A stretch of 64,000 bases of DNA from an uncultured Candidatus Binatia bacterium (lineage in GTDB: Bacteria; Desulfobacterota; Binatia; UBA9968; JAJDTQ01), in NCBI GenBank assembly GCA_965242525.1, contig OZ251459.1, positions 4,064,001 through 4,128,000 on the forward strand, in the 5' to 3' direction. The position numbers were made by a program, and so were the translations under genes. The notes under the pieces were generated by a model. That model was not told the origin of the DNA, searched no databases, and saw nothing but the letters and a program-made list of their open reading frames with translations. Each line of letters begins with the position of its first letter. Position 1 is the first letter of the stretch. Shown here one piece after another: positions 36,353 to 46,326 of this stretch.

Positions 36353-38317
36353 GTGAAGTCCGTGAAGTTCAAGGTGACAGCCGCCGCGGTTTCGGTCACG
36401 GCCCTGGTGCTGGGGGTGAGCTACTGGCTCGGGGCGGGGACCTGGAGCCTGCGCGTCCAGACACCCGCGGACACGAGGCCTGCCCCGGCGTCCGACCCGC
36501 CGCGGCGTCCCCCGATCCGGCCAGAGATCCGCATGGCGGCGCTGAAGCCGCCCGACCCCGAGCCGCCTCGACGGTCGCTCCTGCCGAACGTCCTGTCCGA
36601 CAGGGACGCGGCCCTGTACCGGAACGTGTTCGAACTGCAGGAGGAAGGGCGCTGGCGCGAGGCCGACGCCTCCATCGAGCGCATCGACGACCCGCTGCTC
36701 ATGGGCCACGTCCGCTTCCAGCGCTACATGCACCCGACCCGCTACCGTTCGTCGTACCCGGAGCTGAGGGACTGGCTCAGGGACTACGCCGACCATCCGG
36801 GCGCCCGAAGGATCTACCGGCTGGCCAAGCGGCGACAACCCGAAGGCTGGAGACCGCCGCGGCGTCCGGTCAGTCCCCGGCCTGCGTCCGGAATCGGGCT
36901 CGACCGCTATCCCGCGGCGTCGCAGCCGCGCCCCATGGACCCCCGGGACGCGGTGAGGAAGGCCGCGGGGCATTCGGCCGCGGAGCGCCGCAGGATCCGG
37001 CAGGTCCGGCGGCAGGTCCGGCAGTGGTTGGCGTCCGGCTACGTGACCAGGGCCCTCCGGTTCCTGGACCGGCCAAACAACGTTCGGTTGATGGACCCCC
37101 TGAGCTTCGACGAGACCCTGGCCCGGATCGCCGCGGGATATTTCCTGTGGGGCGAGGACCGCAAGGCGCTGCACGTGGCAAACCGTGCGGTGGCGCGGTC
37201 GGGACGCCTGGTGCCGTTGGCCCGGTGGTGGGGCGGGCTGGCTGCGTGGCGCCTGGAGGAGCACCGGGAGGCCGCGCGCCACTTCCATGCCCTGGCCGAA
37301 TCGGAATGGATGACTCCGTGGCTGGTGTCCGCCGGGGCCTATTGGGCCAGCCGCGCCTACGGGAAGGCCGGCCAACCGGAACGGGTGGAGCCCATGCTGC
37401 GCGCGGCCTCCCGGCACCCGCGCACTTTCTACGGACTCCTGGCCGTCGCCGCCCTGGGCGAGAGGCTGCCCCTCGATTTCGACATGCCCCGGCTCCACCG
37501 CGGCGACGTGGACGTCCTGCTGCGCATGGAGCCGGCGCGCCGCGCCCTGGGCCTGATCCAGGTGGGCCGGTTCGTGACCGCGGGCACCGAGTTGCGCCGG
37601 TTCGCCCACCGTCTCCCGCCCCGGTTGGCGCAGGTGATCCTGGCCCTTGCGTCGGAGTCGGGGTTGGCGGACCTGTCGCTCCGGGCCGCGGAGAGGTTGC
37701 GGCAGAGCACCGGCAAATCCCTGGACGCCGCCCTCTATCCGCTGCCCGTATGGAAGCCCGACGGCGGGCACCTGCTCGACCGCGCGTTGCTGTTCTCGGT
37801 GATACGGCAGGAATCGGCGTTCCAGGCCGACGCCAGGAGCTCCCGCGGCGCCCTGGGCCTGATGCAGATCGTGCCCGGCACCGCCAGCGACATGGCCGGT
37901 CGGCGTTACCACGGCGCGAACCGCCGCGACCTCATGGACCCGGTGCTCAACCTGACCCTAGGGCAGAGGTACTTGAGGCACATCCTGTCGAAGGACGGCA
38001 TCGACGGGAACCTGATCTACGCGTTGATCGCCTACAACCGCGGCCCCGGAAGGCTCAGGGAGTGGCGCCGCAAGGTCGATTATCGAGACGACCCGCTGCT
38101 GTTCATCGAAAGCATCCCGGTCAGGGAGACGCGGATCTTCATCGAGCGGGTGCTGACCAACCTGTGGATCTACCGCGCCCGCCTCGGGCAGCCGGCGCGC
38201 TCGCTGGAAACCGTGGTGTCGGGCGGTTGGCCCGCCTACGTCCCCCTCGACCGCGCGTCGAGACCTATGGAGACCGCTCGTCCCGGGAGCGGAGCACCGG
38301 AGAGGAGACCAGGATGA
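36353..38317 (+). CDS. Soluble lytic transglycosylase (SLT-domain) protein
   Basis: IRQESAF, GALGLMQI, AYNRGPG, FIESIPVRETRIF; GTG start with GGAGGA RBS. Confidence 0.9.
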   Translation: MKSVKFKVTAAAVSVTALVLGVSYWLGAGTWSLRVQTPADTRPAPASDPPRRPPIRPEIRMAALKPPDPEPPRRSLLPNVLSDRDAALYRNVFELQEEGRWREADASIERIDDPLLMGHVRFQRYMHPTRYRSSYPELRDWLRDYADHPGARRIYRLAKRRQPEGWRPPRRPVSPRPASGIGLDRYPAASQPRPMDPRDAVRKAAGHSAAERRRIRQVRRQVRQWLASGYVTRALRFLDRPNNVRLMDPLSFDETLARIAAGYFLWGEDRKALHVANRAVARSGRLVPLARWWGGLAAWRLEEHREAARHFHALAESEWMTPWLVSAGAYWASRAYGKAGQPERVEPMLRAASRHPRTFYGLLAVAALGERLPLDFDMPRLHRGDVDVLLRMEPARRALGLIQVGRFVTAGTELRRFAHRLPPRLAQVILALASESGLADLSLRAAERLRQSTGKSLDAALYPLPVWKPDGGHLLDRALLFSVIRQESAFQADARSSRGALGLMQIVPGTASDMAGRRYHGANRRDLMDPVLNLTLGQRYLRHILSKDGIDGNLIYALIAYNRGPGRLREWRRKVDYRDDPLLFIESIPVRETRIFIERVLTNLWIYRARLGQPARSLETVVSGGWPAYVPLDRASRPMETARPGSGAPERRPG

Positions 38318-39354
38318 AGACGCACCGACCGATCCATCGGATCCTTCTGCTTGCCGCCATCGCGGTATTCCTCGGCAGCGCGGGAGCGGGAGCCGCGGAC
38401 TTCTATGCCGGCAAGACCATCACCATCGTCTGTCCCTACTCCACGGGCGGCACCTACGACCGCATGTCGCGGCTCGCCGCCAAGTACCTGCCTCGGCACA
38501 TTCCGGGCAACCCGGCCGCCGTCGTGCACAACCGCCCCGGCGCCGGCGGCGTCATCGGGCTGCGGTCGGTTTACCGCGCCGAGCCGGACGGCCTGTCGCT
38601 GGTCCACTTCACCAGTCCCATGGTGGTGCGCAGCCTGACCGGCGGCATCCCGGACATCGACTTCACCAAGCTGACCTGGCTCGGCAGCGTGGGCGGCGCG
38701 CACTACATCTTCGCGCTCCGGTCCGAACGGCCCGAACGCAGCCTCGACGACTTCAAGAACGCCGGGGACCCCATCCGCGTGGCGGCGTCGGGTCCGAGCT
38801 CGCTGCTCACCCAGGCGGCCAAGTTCCTGCAGCGTGCGGGCAAGTTCCGCATCCGGCTGGTGTCGGGGTACAAAGGGTACAACCCCATGGCGCTGGCGCT
38901 GAAGCAGAACGAGGTGGACGGCGTGACGACCGCGGGGTCCGCGGTAGCCGTCAACGCCGCGACCCGGGAGATGCATGAGGACGGCACGATCCGGCTGGCG
39001 CTGTCCATGGGCGGGGCTCCCCCTCCCGCACGCCTGGCCGAGGAGGTCGCGGCGCTTCCGAAGTTCGTGGACGGCATCGACGACCCGAAGGACCGGGAGG
39101 CGTACGTGGCGTTCTCGGGGCTCCTGAACGCCAGCCGGCCGTTCGCCGCCACCCCGGGACTGCCCGCGGAGCGGGCCGCCATCCTCGAGAAGGCCATGGC
39201 CGACATGATGGCCGATCCCGAGTTCGTGAAGACCGCCACGGACCAGGGGTTCGTGCTCAACCCGCTGCCCTCCAGGGAGGCGGAGAAGCTGATCCTGTCG
39301 GTCTTCCACCTGTCCCCGGAGATCCGGGAACGGTTGCAGGCGCTCCTGAAGTAG
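38314..39354 (+). CDS. tctC: Tripartite tricarboxylate transporter substrate-binding protein (Bug/TctC-like)
   Basis: FYAGKTITIVCPYSTGGTYDRMSR...NRPGAGG; signal peptide. Confidence 0.88.
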   Translation: MKTHRPIHRILLLAAIAVFLGSAGAGAADFYAGKTITIVCPYSTGGTYDRMSRLAAKYLPRHIPGNPAAVVHNRPGAGGVIGLRSVYRAEPDGLSLVHFTSPMVVRSLTGGIPDIDFTKLTWLGSVGGAHYIFALRSERPERSLDDFKNAGDPIRVAASGPSSLLTQAAKFLQRAGKFRIRLVSGYKGYNPMALALKQNEVDGVTTAGSAVAVNAATREMHEDGTIRLALSMGGAPPPARLAEEVAALPKFVDGIDDPKDREAYVAFSGLLNASRPFAATPGLPAERAAILEKAMADMMADPEFVKTATDQGFVLNPLPSREAEKLILSVFHLSPEIRERLQALLK

Positions 39355-39375
39355 CCCGGCGGACCCTCGCGCAAG

Positions 39376-40851
39376 ATGGCGCTCGAGGCCTTCCACGAGG
39401 CCGTCGGCATCACCTTCACCCTGCCGGTGCTCGGGGGGATCCTGCTGGGGCTGCTGATGGGTCTCGTCTTCGGCGCGGTGCCGGGTCTCACCGCGGTGCT
39501 CGGCATCGTGCTGCTCCTGCCGTTCGTGTGGAACCTGTCGCCTTTCGTCGCCTTCGCCATCATGCTCTCTCTGGTGTCCGCGGTGCATACCTCGAACACC
39601 TTCCCGGCCTTCTTCTTCAACGTGCCCGGCAGCCCCAGCGCCGCGGCCACCATCCTGGACGGCTACCCCATGGCGCGCAACGGCGACGCCGCCCGGGGAC
39701 TGACCGCGGCGTTCGTGGTCTCCGCGGTGGGCGGCGTCATCGGCGCGCTGGTCCTCCTGGCGGCCCTGCCCGCCTTGCAGCCGGTGGTGCTCGCGTTCGC
39801 GGCCCCGGAACGTTTCATGCTGGTGGTGCTGGGGATCCTGATGATCAGCTTCCTCAGCGGCGCGAAACCGGTCAAGGGCCTGCTGGCCGGTACGCTGGGT
39901 CTCTGGCTGGGCGCCGTGGGCCAGGACCCGCAACTGGGAGTGCCCCGGTTCACCTTCGGCGCCGACTACCTGCTCGACGGGCTCCACGCCGTGCCCATCA
40001 TCATGGGGTTGTTCGCCTTGCCGGAGGTGGTGTCCCTGGCCATGCGCGGGCGCATCGCGGAACGCACGCGCGTGGACATGGGCGAGGGGTTCCGGCCCGG
40101 CGTCCGGGCCTGCGTGGCCAACCGGTGGCTGGTGGCGCGGAGCGCGTTGGTGGGGGTGGTGGGCGGAGCCATACCGGGCATCGGCGGCACCGCGGCCGCG
40201 TTCTACGCATACGGCATGGCCGTGCAGGGAGCGGAGGGCGCCCAGCGCGAGGGGTTCGGCAAGGGCGAGATCCGGGGCGTCATCGCGCCCGAGAGCGCCA
40301 ACAACGCTTCGGCCGGCGGGGAGCTGGTGCCGTTGCTGGCCTTCGGCGTGCCCGGAGGAGCCACGTCGGCCATCCTGCTGGCGGCGTTCCTGGTCCTCGG
40401 CATCAACCCCGGCCCCGAGATGCTGGGCGAGAAGCTGCCCCTCAGCTTTTCCATGGTGATCGTGTTGATGCTGTCGAACCTGCTGGCCACCGCGGTGTGC
40501 ATCGCGGTGACCCGCCCCGCCGCCCGCATCGCCTTCCTCCGGAGCAACCGGCTGATCCCGGGACTGCTGCTGTTCGTGCTGTTCGGCTCCTACGTGGCCT
40601 ATCCGCACCCCTACACCCTGGTGCTCACGCTCGCCTTCGGGGCCCTGGGTTACCTCATGATGCGGCTCGACTGGGCCCGGGCGCCGCTCCTGGTGGGTTT
40701 CATCCTCGGTCCGCTGGCCGAGAACAACTTGGCCATCTCGCTGTCGAGCTACGGCGCCGCGTTCCTCATCCGGCCCATCCCCCTCGCCGCGGCGGCGGTC
40801 ATGCTGCTGGTGGTCTTCGTAGCGGTTCGCCGCGGGGTGCGCGGCGCATGA
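39376..40851 (+). CDS. tctA: Tripartite tricarboxylate transporter permease TctA
   Basis: NVPGSPSAAATILDGYPM; GVIAPESANNA; AFGVPG. Confidence 0.92.
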   Translation: MALEAFHEAVGITFTLPVLGGILLGLLMGLVFGAVPGLTAVLGIVLLLPFVWNLSPFVAFAIMLSLVSAVHTSNTFPAFFFNVPGSPSAAATILDGYPMARNGDAARGLTAAFVVSAVGGVIGALVLLAALPALQPVVLAFAAPERFMLVVLGILMISFLSGAKPVKGLLAGTLGLWLGAVGQDPQLGVPRFTFGADYLLDGLHAVPIIMGLFALPEVVSLAMRGRIAERTRVDMGEGFRPGVRACVANRWLVARSALVGVVGGAIPGIGGTAAAFYAYGMAVQGAEGAQREGFGKGEIRGVIAPESANNASAGGELVPLLAFGVPGGATSAILLAAFLVLGINPGPEMLGEKLPLSFSMVIVLMLSNLLATAVCIAVTRPAARIAFLRSNRLIPGLLLFVLFGSYVAYPHPYTLVLTLAFGALGYLMMRLDWARAPLLVGFILGPLAENNLAISLSSYGAAFLIRPIPLAAAAVMLLVVFVAVRRGVRGA

Positions 40852-41279
40852 GGGACCTCCGGGAAGCGGCGCTGGGGAGCGCCGCGGCCGCGCTGTTCGC
40901 CGGCGTGGTCCTGGCCGCGCTGGAGTGGGAGCCGGAAGCGGCCACGTTCCCCCTGTTCATCGGCGTCACCGGCCTGGGACTCGCGGTGTGGAGCGTGACA
41001 GGCGACTTGGTGCGGAAGCCTGCGGCGCCGGCCGGGGAGGCGAGGGTCGAGGAGGCGGCGCGGGCCCGGGCCGCGTTCGGCTGGATCGCGGTCTTCTTCG
41101 CGCTGGTGCTCCTGATCGGTTTCCAATGGGGCCTGCCCCTGGCCGTCCTGGCCTATTACCGCCTGGAGGCGCGCATGGGCTGGACCGGCGCAGTAAGCGC
41201 CGCCGCGGCGTGCGCGGCCTTCCTCCACGCCGCCGTGCATTTCCTGTACCTTCCGCTGTACACCGGCCTGCTGCCGTAG
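40848..41279 (+). CDS. tctB: TctB-family small transmembrane subunit
   Basis: 143 aa hydrophobic protein, ATGA-coupled to tctA. Confidence 0.8.
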   Translation: MRDLREAALGSAAAALFAGVVLAALEWEPEAATFPLFIGVTGLGLAVWSVTGDLVRKPAAPAGEARVEEAARARAAFGWIAVFFALVLLIGFQWGLPLAVLAYYRLEARMGWTGAVSAAAACAAFLHAAVHFLYLPLYTGLLP

Positions 41280-41401
41280 CCGTGAGTTACCGAAACGACG
41301 AGGGTGAACCTCGAGGAACATGAATTCCTGGATCGGACCTTGGGGCAACCTCGGCGAGGTCGCAGGGGAGCCGTGTTCGGGTTGCCAAAAGTATCTTAAG
41401 T

Positions 41402-41423
41402 GTTACCATTGATTCGTGGTAAC
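41402..41423. promoter_or_regulatory. Palindromic operator upstream of the antitoxin/regulator
   Basis: GTTACCA-N8-TGGTAAC perfect inverted repeat in an AT-rich patch ~20 bp before the ATG. Confidence 0.55.
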
Positions 41424-41441
41424 TAATTTGAGGGTAACGAA

Positions 41442-41759
41442 ATGGCCTTGACAAGAGACTTCAAGGAAACGATACGTGCTCGCGTGGAGAACGACCCGGC
41501 CTTTCGTGAGGCATTGCTCAGGGAAGGCGTCGAGTGCCTGCTTTCCGGTGACGTGGACACCGGCAAGGCGGTGCTGCGCGACTACATCAACGCCACCGTC
41601 GGCTTCGAGGAGCTGGGCGGCGTTATCGACAAATCGCCCAAGAGCCTGATGCGCATGTTCAGTCCCTCGGGCAATCCGCAGGCGCGCAACCTGTTCGAGG
41701 TCCTCCGTTATCTCCAGAAGCAGGAGGGCCTGCATTTCATGGTGCAGGCCGTTCGATAG
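41442..41759 (+). CDS. HTH addiction-module antidote (HigA-like), orphan
   Basis: MALTRDFKETIRARVENDPAF...LRDYINATVGFEEL...KSLMRMFSPSGNPQARNLF. Confidence 0.82.
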   Translation: MALTRDFKETIRARVENDPAFREALLREGVECLLSGDVDTGKAVLRDYINATVGFEELGGVIDKSPKSLMRMFSPSGNPQARNLFEVLRYLQKQEGLHFMVQAVR

Positions 41760-41791
41760 GCGGATGGAAAACGAAGGGAACCGCCCCTTCC

Positions 41792-42874
41792 CTACGGGTG
41801 CACGTCCTGGGTGAACCATTCCGTGGGCAGGGTCCGGCCGACGCCTTTGGCTACGGCCTCGCGATAGACCCGGTGGGCCACTGCGGTGAACTGGAGCCCC
41901 TGCCCGACGTTGTTGACGAACGCCGTGGTCTCGTCCGGCGACCGTCGTCCCTCCACCGCGCCGATGAGGGCCTGGGGCAGTTCCCGGATGCGCTCCCAGA
42001 GCGGCGTCGAGCGGTCGGACCACCAGCCACCGGCGCCCTCCGGGGTCTCCACCGCGGGCGTGCGGTAGGTCTGCGGGCGGATGTTGGCGGGGTTCGTGGA
42101 GAACAGGAACACCTTGTCCACGGCGTTCAGGAAGTCATGGTCCATCTCCTGCACCTTGACGGCGCTGTAGTGGACGCCGGGGCGCAGCCATTTTTGCCGG
42201 TGCACCGGCGACATGGAGTTGGTCCCCGTCACCACCATGTCGGCCCCTTCCACCGCTTCGTCCGCGGACTCCACCGGCGTGAGCCGGGCCTGGACCTCCG
42301 GGGCCAGCTCTCGGCAGAAGCGTTCGCGGTTCACCGGGTTGGGGCTGAACACCTTCACCTCGGCGATGGGCCGCACCGCACAGTGGGCCATCAGTTGTCC
42401 GCCGGCCTGCCACCCGGTCCCCAGCAGCGCCATGACCCGGGCGTCTTCCCGCGCCAGGTGACGCGCGGCCAACCCGTTGGCCGCGCCCACGCGCATGCGC
42501 GAGACGTAGCCGTCGGGACAGATCATGACCGGGGTTCCGGTCTCCATGCTGAAGAGCAGCAGGAGCCCGTTCCAGCGGCCGTCGGCCGAAGGCAGCCGGT
42601 CCCTCCTCACGTTGCCCATGACCTCCGGCCAGACGAGCACGTCGCTGTCGATGCGCAGGGCCGCCATGCCCGCGTCGGGCCAGAGGCCGCTCATGGTCTT
42701 CAGGCTGTAAACCCCTCGGGTCTCGCCGAAGACGGTGGGCGCCAACGTGTCCACCCGCGGACTGTTGACCGCTTCCCCGGCCTCCAGCGACCGTTGCGAG
42801 CGCTCGACGCACTCCATGGCCATCTCCATGGTCAGTATCCGGCCGATTTCTTCGTTGCTGAGCAGCAGTGTCAT
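41792..42874 (-). CDS. Ornithine cyclodeaminase/mu-crystallin family protein
   Basis: SRMRVGAANGLAARHLA, LGTGWQA, VVTGTNS, GQGLQFTAVA. Confidence 0.88.
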   Translation of the reverse strand: MTLLLSNEEIGRILTMEMAMECVERSQRSLEAGEAVNSPRVDTLAPTVFGETRGVYSLKTMSGLWPDAGMAALRIDSDVLVWPEVMGNVRRDRLPSADGRWNGLLLLFSMETGTPVMICPDGYVSRMRVGAANGLAARHLAREDARVMALLGTGWQAGGQLMAHCAVRPIAEVKVFSPNPVNRERFCRELAPEVQARLTPVESADEAVEGADMVVTGTNSMSPVHRQKWLRPGVHYSAVKVQEMDHDFLNAVDKVFLFSTNPANIRPQTYRTPAVETPEGAGGWWSDRSTPLWERIRELPQALIGAVEGRRSPDETTAFVNNVGQGLQFTAVAHRVYREAVAKGVGRTLPTEWFTQDVHP

Positions 42875-42925
42875 CCGTGAACCTCCGGTTGCGACGGCGG
42901 TCCAAGGTCAACGATCGGGACCGTC

Positions 42926-42960
42926 ATCCTGACGTGGTGGAATCCTGACGTGGTGGAATC
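42926..42960. repeat. 16-bp tandem duplication
   Basis: ATCCTGACGTGGTGGA x2 plus ATC. Confidence 0.8.
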
Positions 42961-43051
42961 GTGCAGGGTAGCCCATTCGGCCCGCAGGGAAAAGCCTTCG
43001 GCGGGATTCGGTTGACGAGACCGGCGTTTTCGGCCATATATCCTTGCGTCT

Positions 43052-43124
<73 letters not shown>

Positions 43125-43186
43125 CCTCTTCCTTCCGCGCCGGGTCTTCCACCACCCTTCACTTCCATGCTGAACCGAGGACTCCC

Positions 43187-44329
43187 ATGGCGGCCATGAA
43201 CCATCCCATGCTGGAAGCGGCCCGAGCGCTGTCCCCCACCATCCGGTCGTGCGCGGACCGGATCGAGGCGGACCGGGAGTTGCCCCGGCCGCTGTTCGAG
43301 GCGCTGGCCGACGCGGACCTGTTCAAGCTCGGACTGCCTCGGTCCCTGGGAGGAGTCGAGATCGACCTGCCGACCTTCGTCGAGGTGCTGGAGGAGTTGG
43401 GCAAGGCCGACGCCAGCACCGCGTGGCTGGTCAACCAGTGTTCGATCTTCGCCACCTATGCGGCGCGCATGCCGCCGGAGGCGGCCCGCCTCATCTGGAC
43501 CGACACCCCGCGTAGCGTCGTGGCCAATACGTCGATGCCCACGGCCGAGGCGGAACCGGTCCCGGGCGGTTACCGGGTGACCGGCCGGCACCGCTTCAGC
43601 TCGGGTTCCCGGCACGCCTCCTGGTTCGCGGCTCGGGCTTGGGTCCCGGAGGACGGGGAGCGCGTGCAGAAGTTCCTGTTCGTGCCGGCCGCAGATGTGG
43701 AGGTGCTGGACACCTGGAAGGTCCGCGGGATGCGCGGCACCGGCACCCACGACTTCGTGGTGGACGGCGCCTTCGTCCCCGCGGACCGGACCGTGCGCCA
43801 ACTCGGCAGCCCGCTCCTGGAGACGGGGCCGCTGTACCGGATCTCCCTGGTGCTGCTGTTCGCCTCGGGCGATGGCGCCCTGGCCCTGGGGGCGGCCCGG
43901 TCGTGCCTGGACGCGTTCCTGGAGTTGGCGGGGGCCAAGACCCCCCACGCCATGAAGTCGCTGATGCGGGACCAGCCATCGGTCCAGTTGATGGTGGGGC
44001 AGACCCGCGCGGCGCTGGCGTCCGGGCGGGCCTACTTGCGGGAGGCCGTCCGCGCCATCTGGGCCGAGATGGCGTCCGCCGGCCCCGTTACGCTGGAGCA
44101 GCGGGTGGGCCTGCGGCTGGCGGCGACGCACGTCATCCGGCTCGCGGTCCGGGCGGTGGAGATCCTGTACCAGGCCGCGGGCGCCACCGCCATCTACGAA
44201 GGCAACCTGATACAGCGCCACTTCCAGGACCTGCACGTCATCAGCCAGCACCAGCAGGCGCGCCAAGTGGCCTACGAGCTGGCCGGGAAGCAGCGCCTGG
44301 GACTGGAGATCGAAACCTCGCGGCTCTGA
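43187..44329 (+). CDS. Acyl-CoA dehydrogenase-fold flavin-dependent hydroxylase
   Basis: ADASTAW, FSSGSRHASW, DTWKVRGMRGTGTHD, IQRHFQDLH; GAGG RBS. Confidence 0.88.
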   Translation: MAAMNHPMLEAARALSPTIRSCADRIEADRELPRPLFEALADADLFKLGLPRSLGGVEIDLPTFVEVLEELGKADASTAWLVNQCSIFATYAARMPPEAARLIWTDTPRSVVANTSMPTAEAEPVPGGYRVTGRHRFSSGSRHASWFAARAWVPEDGERVQKFLFVPAADVEVLDTWKVRGMRGTGTHDFVVDGAFVPADRTVRQLGSPLLETGPLYRISLVLLFASGDGALALGAARSCLDAFLELAGAKTPHAMKSLMRDQPSVQLMVGQTRAALASGRAYLREAVRAIWAEMASAGPVTLEQRVGLRLAATHVIRLAVRAVEILYQAAGATAIYEGNLIQRHFQDLHVISQHQQARQVAYELAGKQRLGLEIETSRL

Positions 44330-44451
44330 CCGTCCACGTCACAGGGCCTCGGCCCTCGGACTGTCCGCGGACGCGGTCCAGGAGCGCGCCATCCGGCTTT
44401 GCGGCTGCACGCTTTCCGGTGTCCGTACGAATTCCCTTTGGGGAGAAGCGC

Positions 44452-44751
44452 CTAATCGCGGTCTGCGATCAAGGTGTCCGGCTGCCAGTTTCTCCTGTTC
44501 AACCACTTCCACGCCCTCTCCGGCAGCCAACCCTGGTAGTTATTGGTCACTTGTATGACCAGAAGGCTGTCATCGGCGTCCATGTGCTTGCGAAGACGTT
44601 TCTGCCACTCGGCCGGACCGGATTGCGTGCTGATTATCCACGTCGAATCCAAATGGTGCCACCAAGCGTCCGCCGCCTTGATTTCTTCGTACAGGCCGCT
44701 GTAATCCTGTCCGGGGTCGATGAGATCATACGAAATCAAGAGAATCATCAC
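44452..44751 (-). CDS. Small Cas2/VapD-like ferredoxin-fold protein
   Basis: ILLISYDL...QDYSGLYEEIK...WWHHLDSTWII...DADDSLLVIQV...GWL; the first-strand YD motif resembles Cas2/VapD. Confidence 0.6.
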   Translation of the reverse strand: MMILLISYDLIDPGQDYSGLYEEIKAADAWWHHLDSTWIISTQSGPAEWQKRLRKHMDADDSLLVIQVTNNYQGWLPERAWKWLNRRNWQPDTLIADRD

Positions 44752-45113
44752 GCATCCTCCTTGTCCGCGATCTCCCTGGTCGCATCTATCTTCGATAGCT
44801 CCCTGGGTCCATATGGCGTCGGCAGCTCACTGTCGCGGAGTCCTTCCCGCAAAACGGCCAAGTGGGTCTCCTGATCGAAAACAAGTTTCTTCGGAAAAAA
44901 TACGATCAAGAGCGTAACAACGACGATTACGATCAGGAACATTCCGAATGTCATATAGATGATATTCGCTGTGACATCCGGCGGCAACCCTGACTCCCAC
45001 GTCAGTCCTACAACGATAATAACGGCCAACGAGATAACCACCGCAGTAAAAAACTTCAGTGGGCTGGCAACGTTCTTTATGGTCTTGTACGCGATTCCTC
45101 GAACGTCGTTCAT
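44748..45113 (-). CDS. Hypothetical two-TM membrane protein
   Basis: Two long hydrophobic helices; low GC; stop overlaps the next start (GTGA). Confidence 0.7.
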   Translation of the reverse strand: MNDVRGIAYKTIKNVASPLKFFTAVVISLAVIIVVGLTWESGLPPDVTANIIYMTFGMFLIVIVVVTLLIVFFPKKLVFDQETHLAVLREGLRDSELPTPYGPRELSKIDATREIADKEDA

Positions 45114-45116
45114 CGG

Positions 45117-45998
45117 CTACAGCGCCACCGCCGACTCATAAGGTTGGTCGAGGGCGTCGTCGAAGAGTTTCCGCGAGGCCATCCAGCGGTGCGTCTGCTC
45201 GAAGACTTCGCGGGTGTAGGGCTCGAAGACCATGCGTTCGCCGAGTCCCATGCCATCGACCTCCACCAGCTCGTGGTATCGTTCGGGCAGCTCCTTGAGC
45301 AGGTAGTGGCGGTAACGCTCCGGCTCCATGTCGATGGCGCGCTGCGCCCTTTGGAGCGCGTTGAAGTACTTCTTGGCGGCTTCTTCGTCCGTGTCCGGCT
45401 CCAGGAGGAAGCCGATCATGAACGTGGTATCGACCACCTTTCGGAACCCCTGCTGCTCCACCACGTACATGGGCGCGCCGAAGACGTTGCCCGCGGGAAC
45501 CTGGCGTTCCAGCAACCGCGCCATACGGTCCAGCGGACGGCCGGCGAATTGCAGCTTGATCCGGGAAGGCTCCATGACGTTCTCCAGGGCCTGCAGCGCC
45601 GAGAAGTGGCTGCCGGAATGGTAGCCCACGGCGACCTCCACGTCGGCCAGGTCCGAGGGTTTGTGGATGGGGGACTCCGGCGGGACGTAGATGCCCGCAG
45701 GCGTCACCGAGTAGGCGTGTCCCCACATGCGGCCGTGCTGCCCGGTGGCCGCCACGTTGACCATCCAATGGCAGGCCGAGCTTACCTCGCAGGAACGGCC
45801 GTCCTGGATGTCCTCCAGAGCGCCGTGCCGGACCTCCCGGACCGCCTCGGGCTCTGGCGCCTGCGGTTGCACGGTCTGCTCCGAGACCAAGCCGTAGATG
45901 AACTCGTAGTCCAACCCTTCGTCCTCGAAGTACCCCAACTCCTCCGCCACCCATTCCTGGAGCCTGCCGTGCGGCTGGATGCGAAACTTTGTCGCCAT
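45117..45998 (-). CDS. ABC-type (NitT/TauT-like) substrate-binding-fold protein
   Basis: VAEELGYFEDEGLDYE; IHKPSDLADVEVAVGYHSGSH; no signal peptide. Confidence 0.78.
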   Translation of the reverse strand: MATKFRIQPHGRLQEWVAEELGYFEDEGLDYEFIYGLVSEQTVQPQAPEPEAVREVRHGALEDIQDGRSCEVSSACHWMVNVAATGQHGRMWGHAYSVTPAGIYVPPESPIHKPSDLADVEVAVGYHSGSHFSALQALENVMEPSRIKLQFAGRPLDRMARLLERQVPAGNVFGAPMYVVEQQGFRKVVDTTFMIGFLLEPDTDEEAAKKYFNALQRAQRAIDMEPERYRHYLLKELPERYHELVEVDGMGLGERMVFEPYTREVFEQTHRWMASRKLFDDALDQPYESAVAL

Positions 45999-46106
45999 GG
46001 TCCTTTCCTCCGCCGTGTGTTGGTTCGCCCGACTCGTCGTCAGTATGGGAAACCCTGAACGATCGAAACATGGAGGATGGGTTCCCTCACCCTGACCCTC
46101 CTGTCT

Positions 46107-46147
46107 CCGTTCGTCCTGAGCGTAGCGAAGCGGAGTCGAAGGACGCG
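46107..46147 (+). repeat. REP-like palindrome, copy 4
   Basis: 41-bp unit with one substitution. Confidence 0.9.
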
Positions 46148-46326
46148 CTCATGCCCCCTGCCCAATCGTCCAGAGTCGCCCATGACAAGTTAATGGAACC
46201 ACGGCGGCGCGTCAATGACGGACGCGGGTCCTTTCCCGGTCCACCTGTGACACGGAAAGGGAGAGGGCTTCCCGCGCGCGGGAGCGGGAAGCCCGTGACT
46301 CCGGCAAGCTCGCGGGGAGCCCCGCC

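Noticed and set aside
36271-38313. 1027-aa ORF appearing to fuse a long N-terminus to the TctC-like protein
   Set aside because: The upstream part is an off-frame reading of the lytic transglycosylase; similar false extensions affect 52654..55035, 21744..23822, 39528..41279 and 59007..60641.
44452-44751. Cas2-like gene as evidence of a CRISPR-Cas locus
   Set aside because: No cas1, effector genes or array in the window; kept only as a solo fold-level resemblance.
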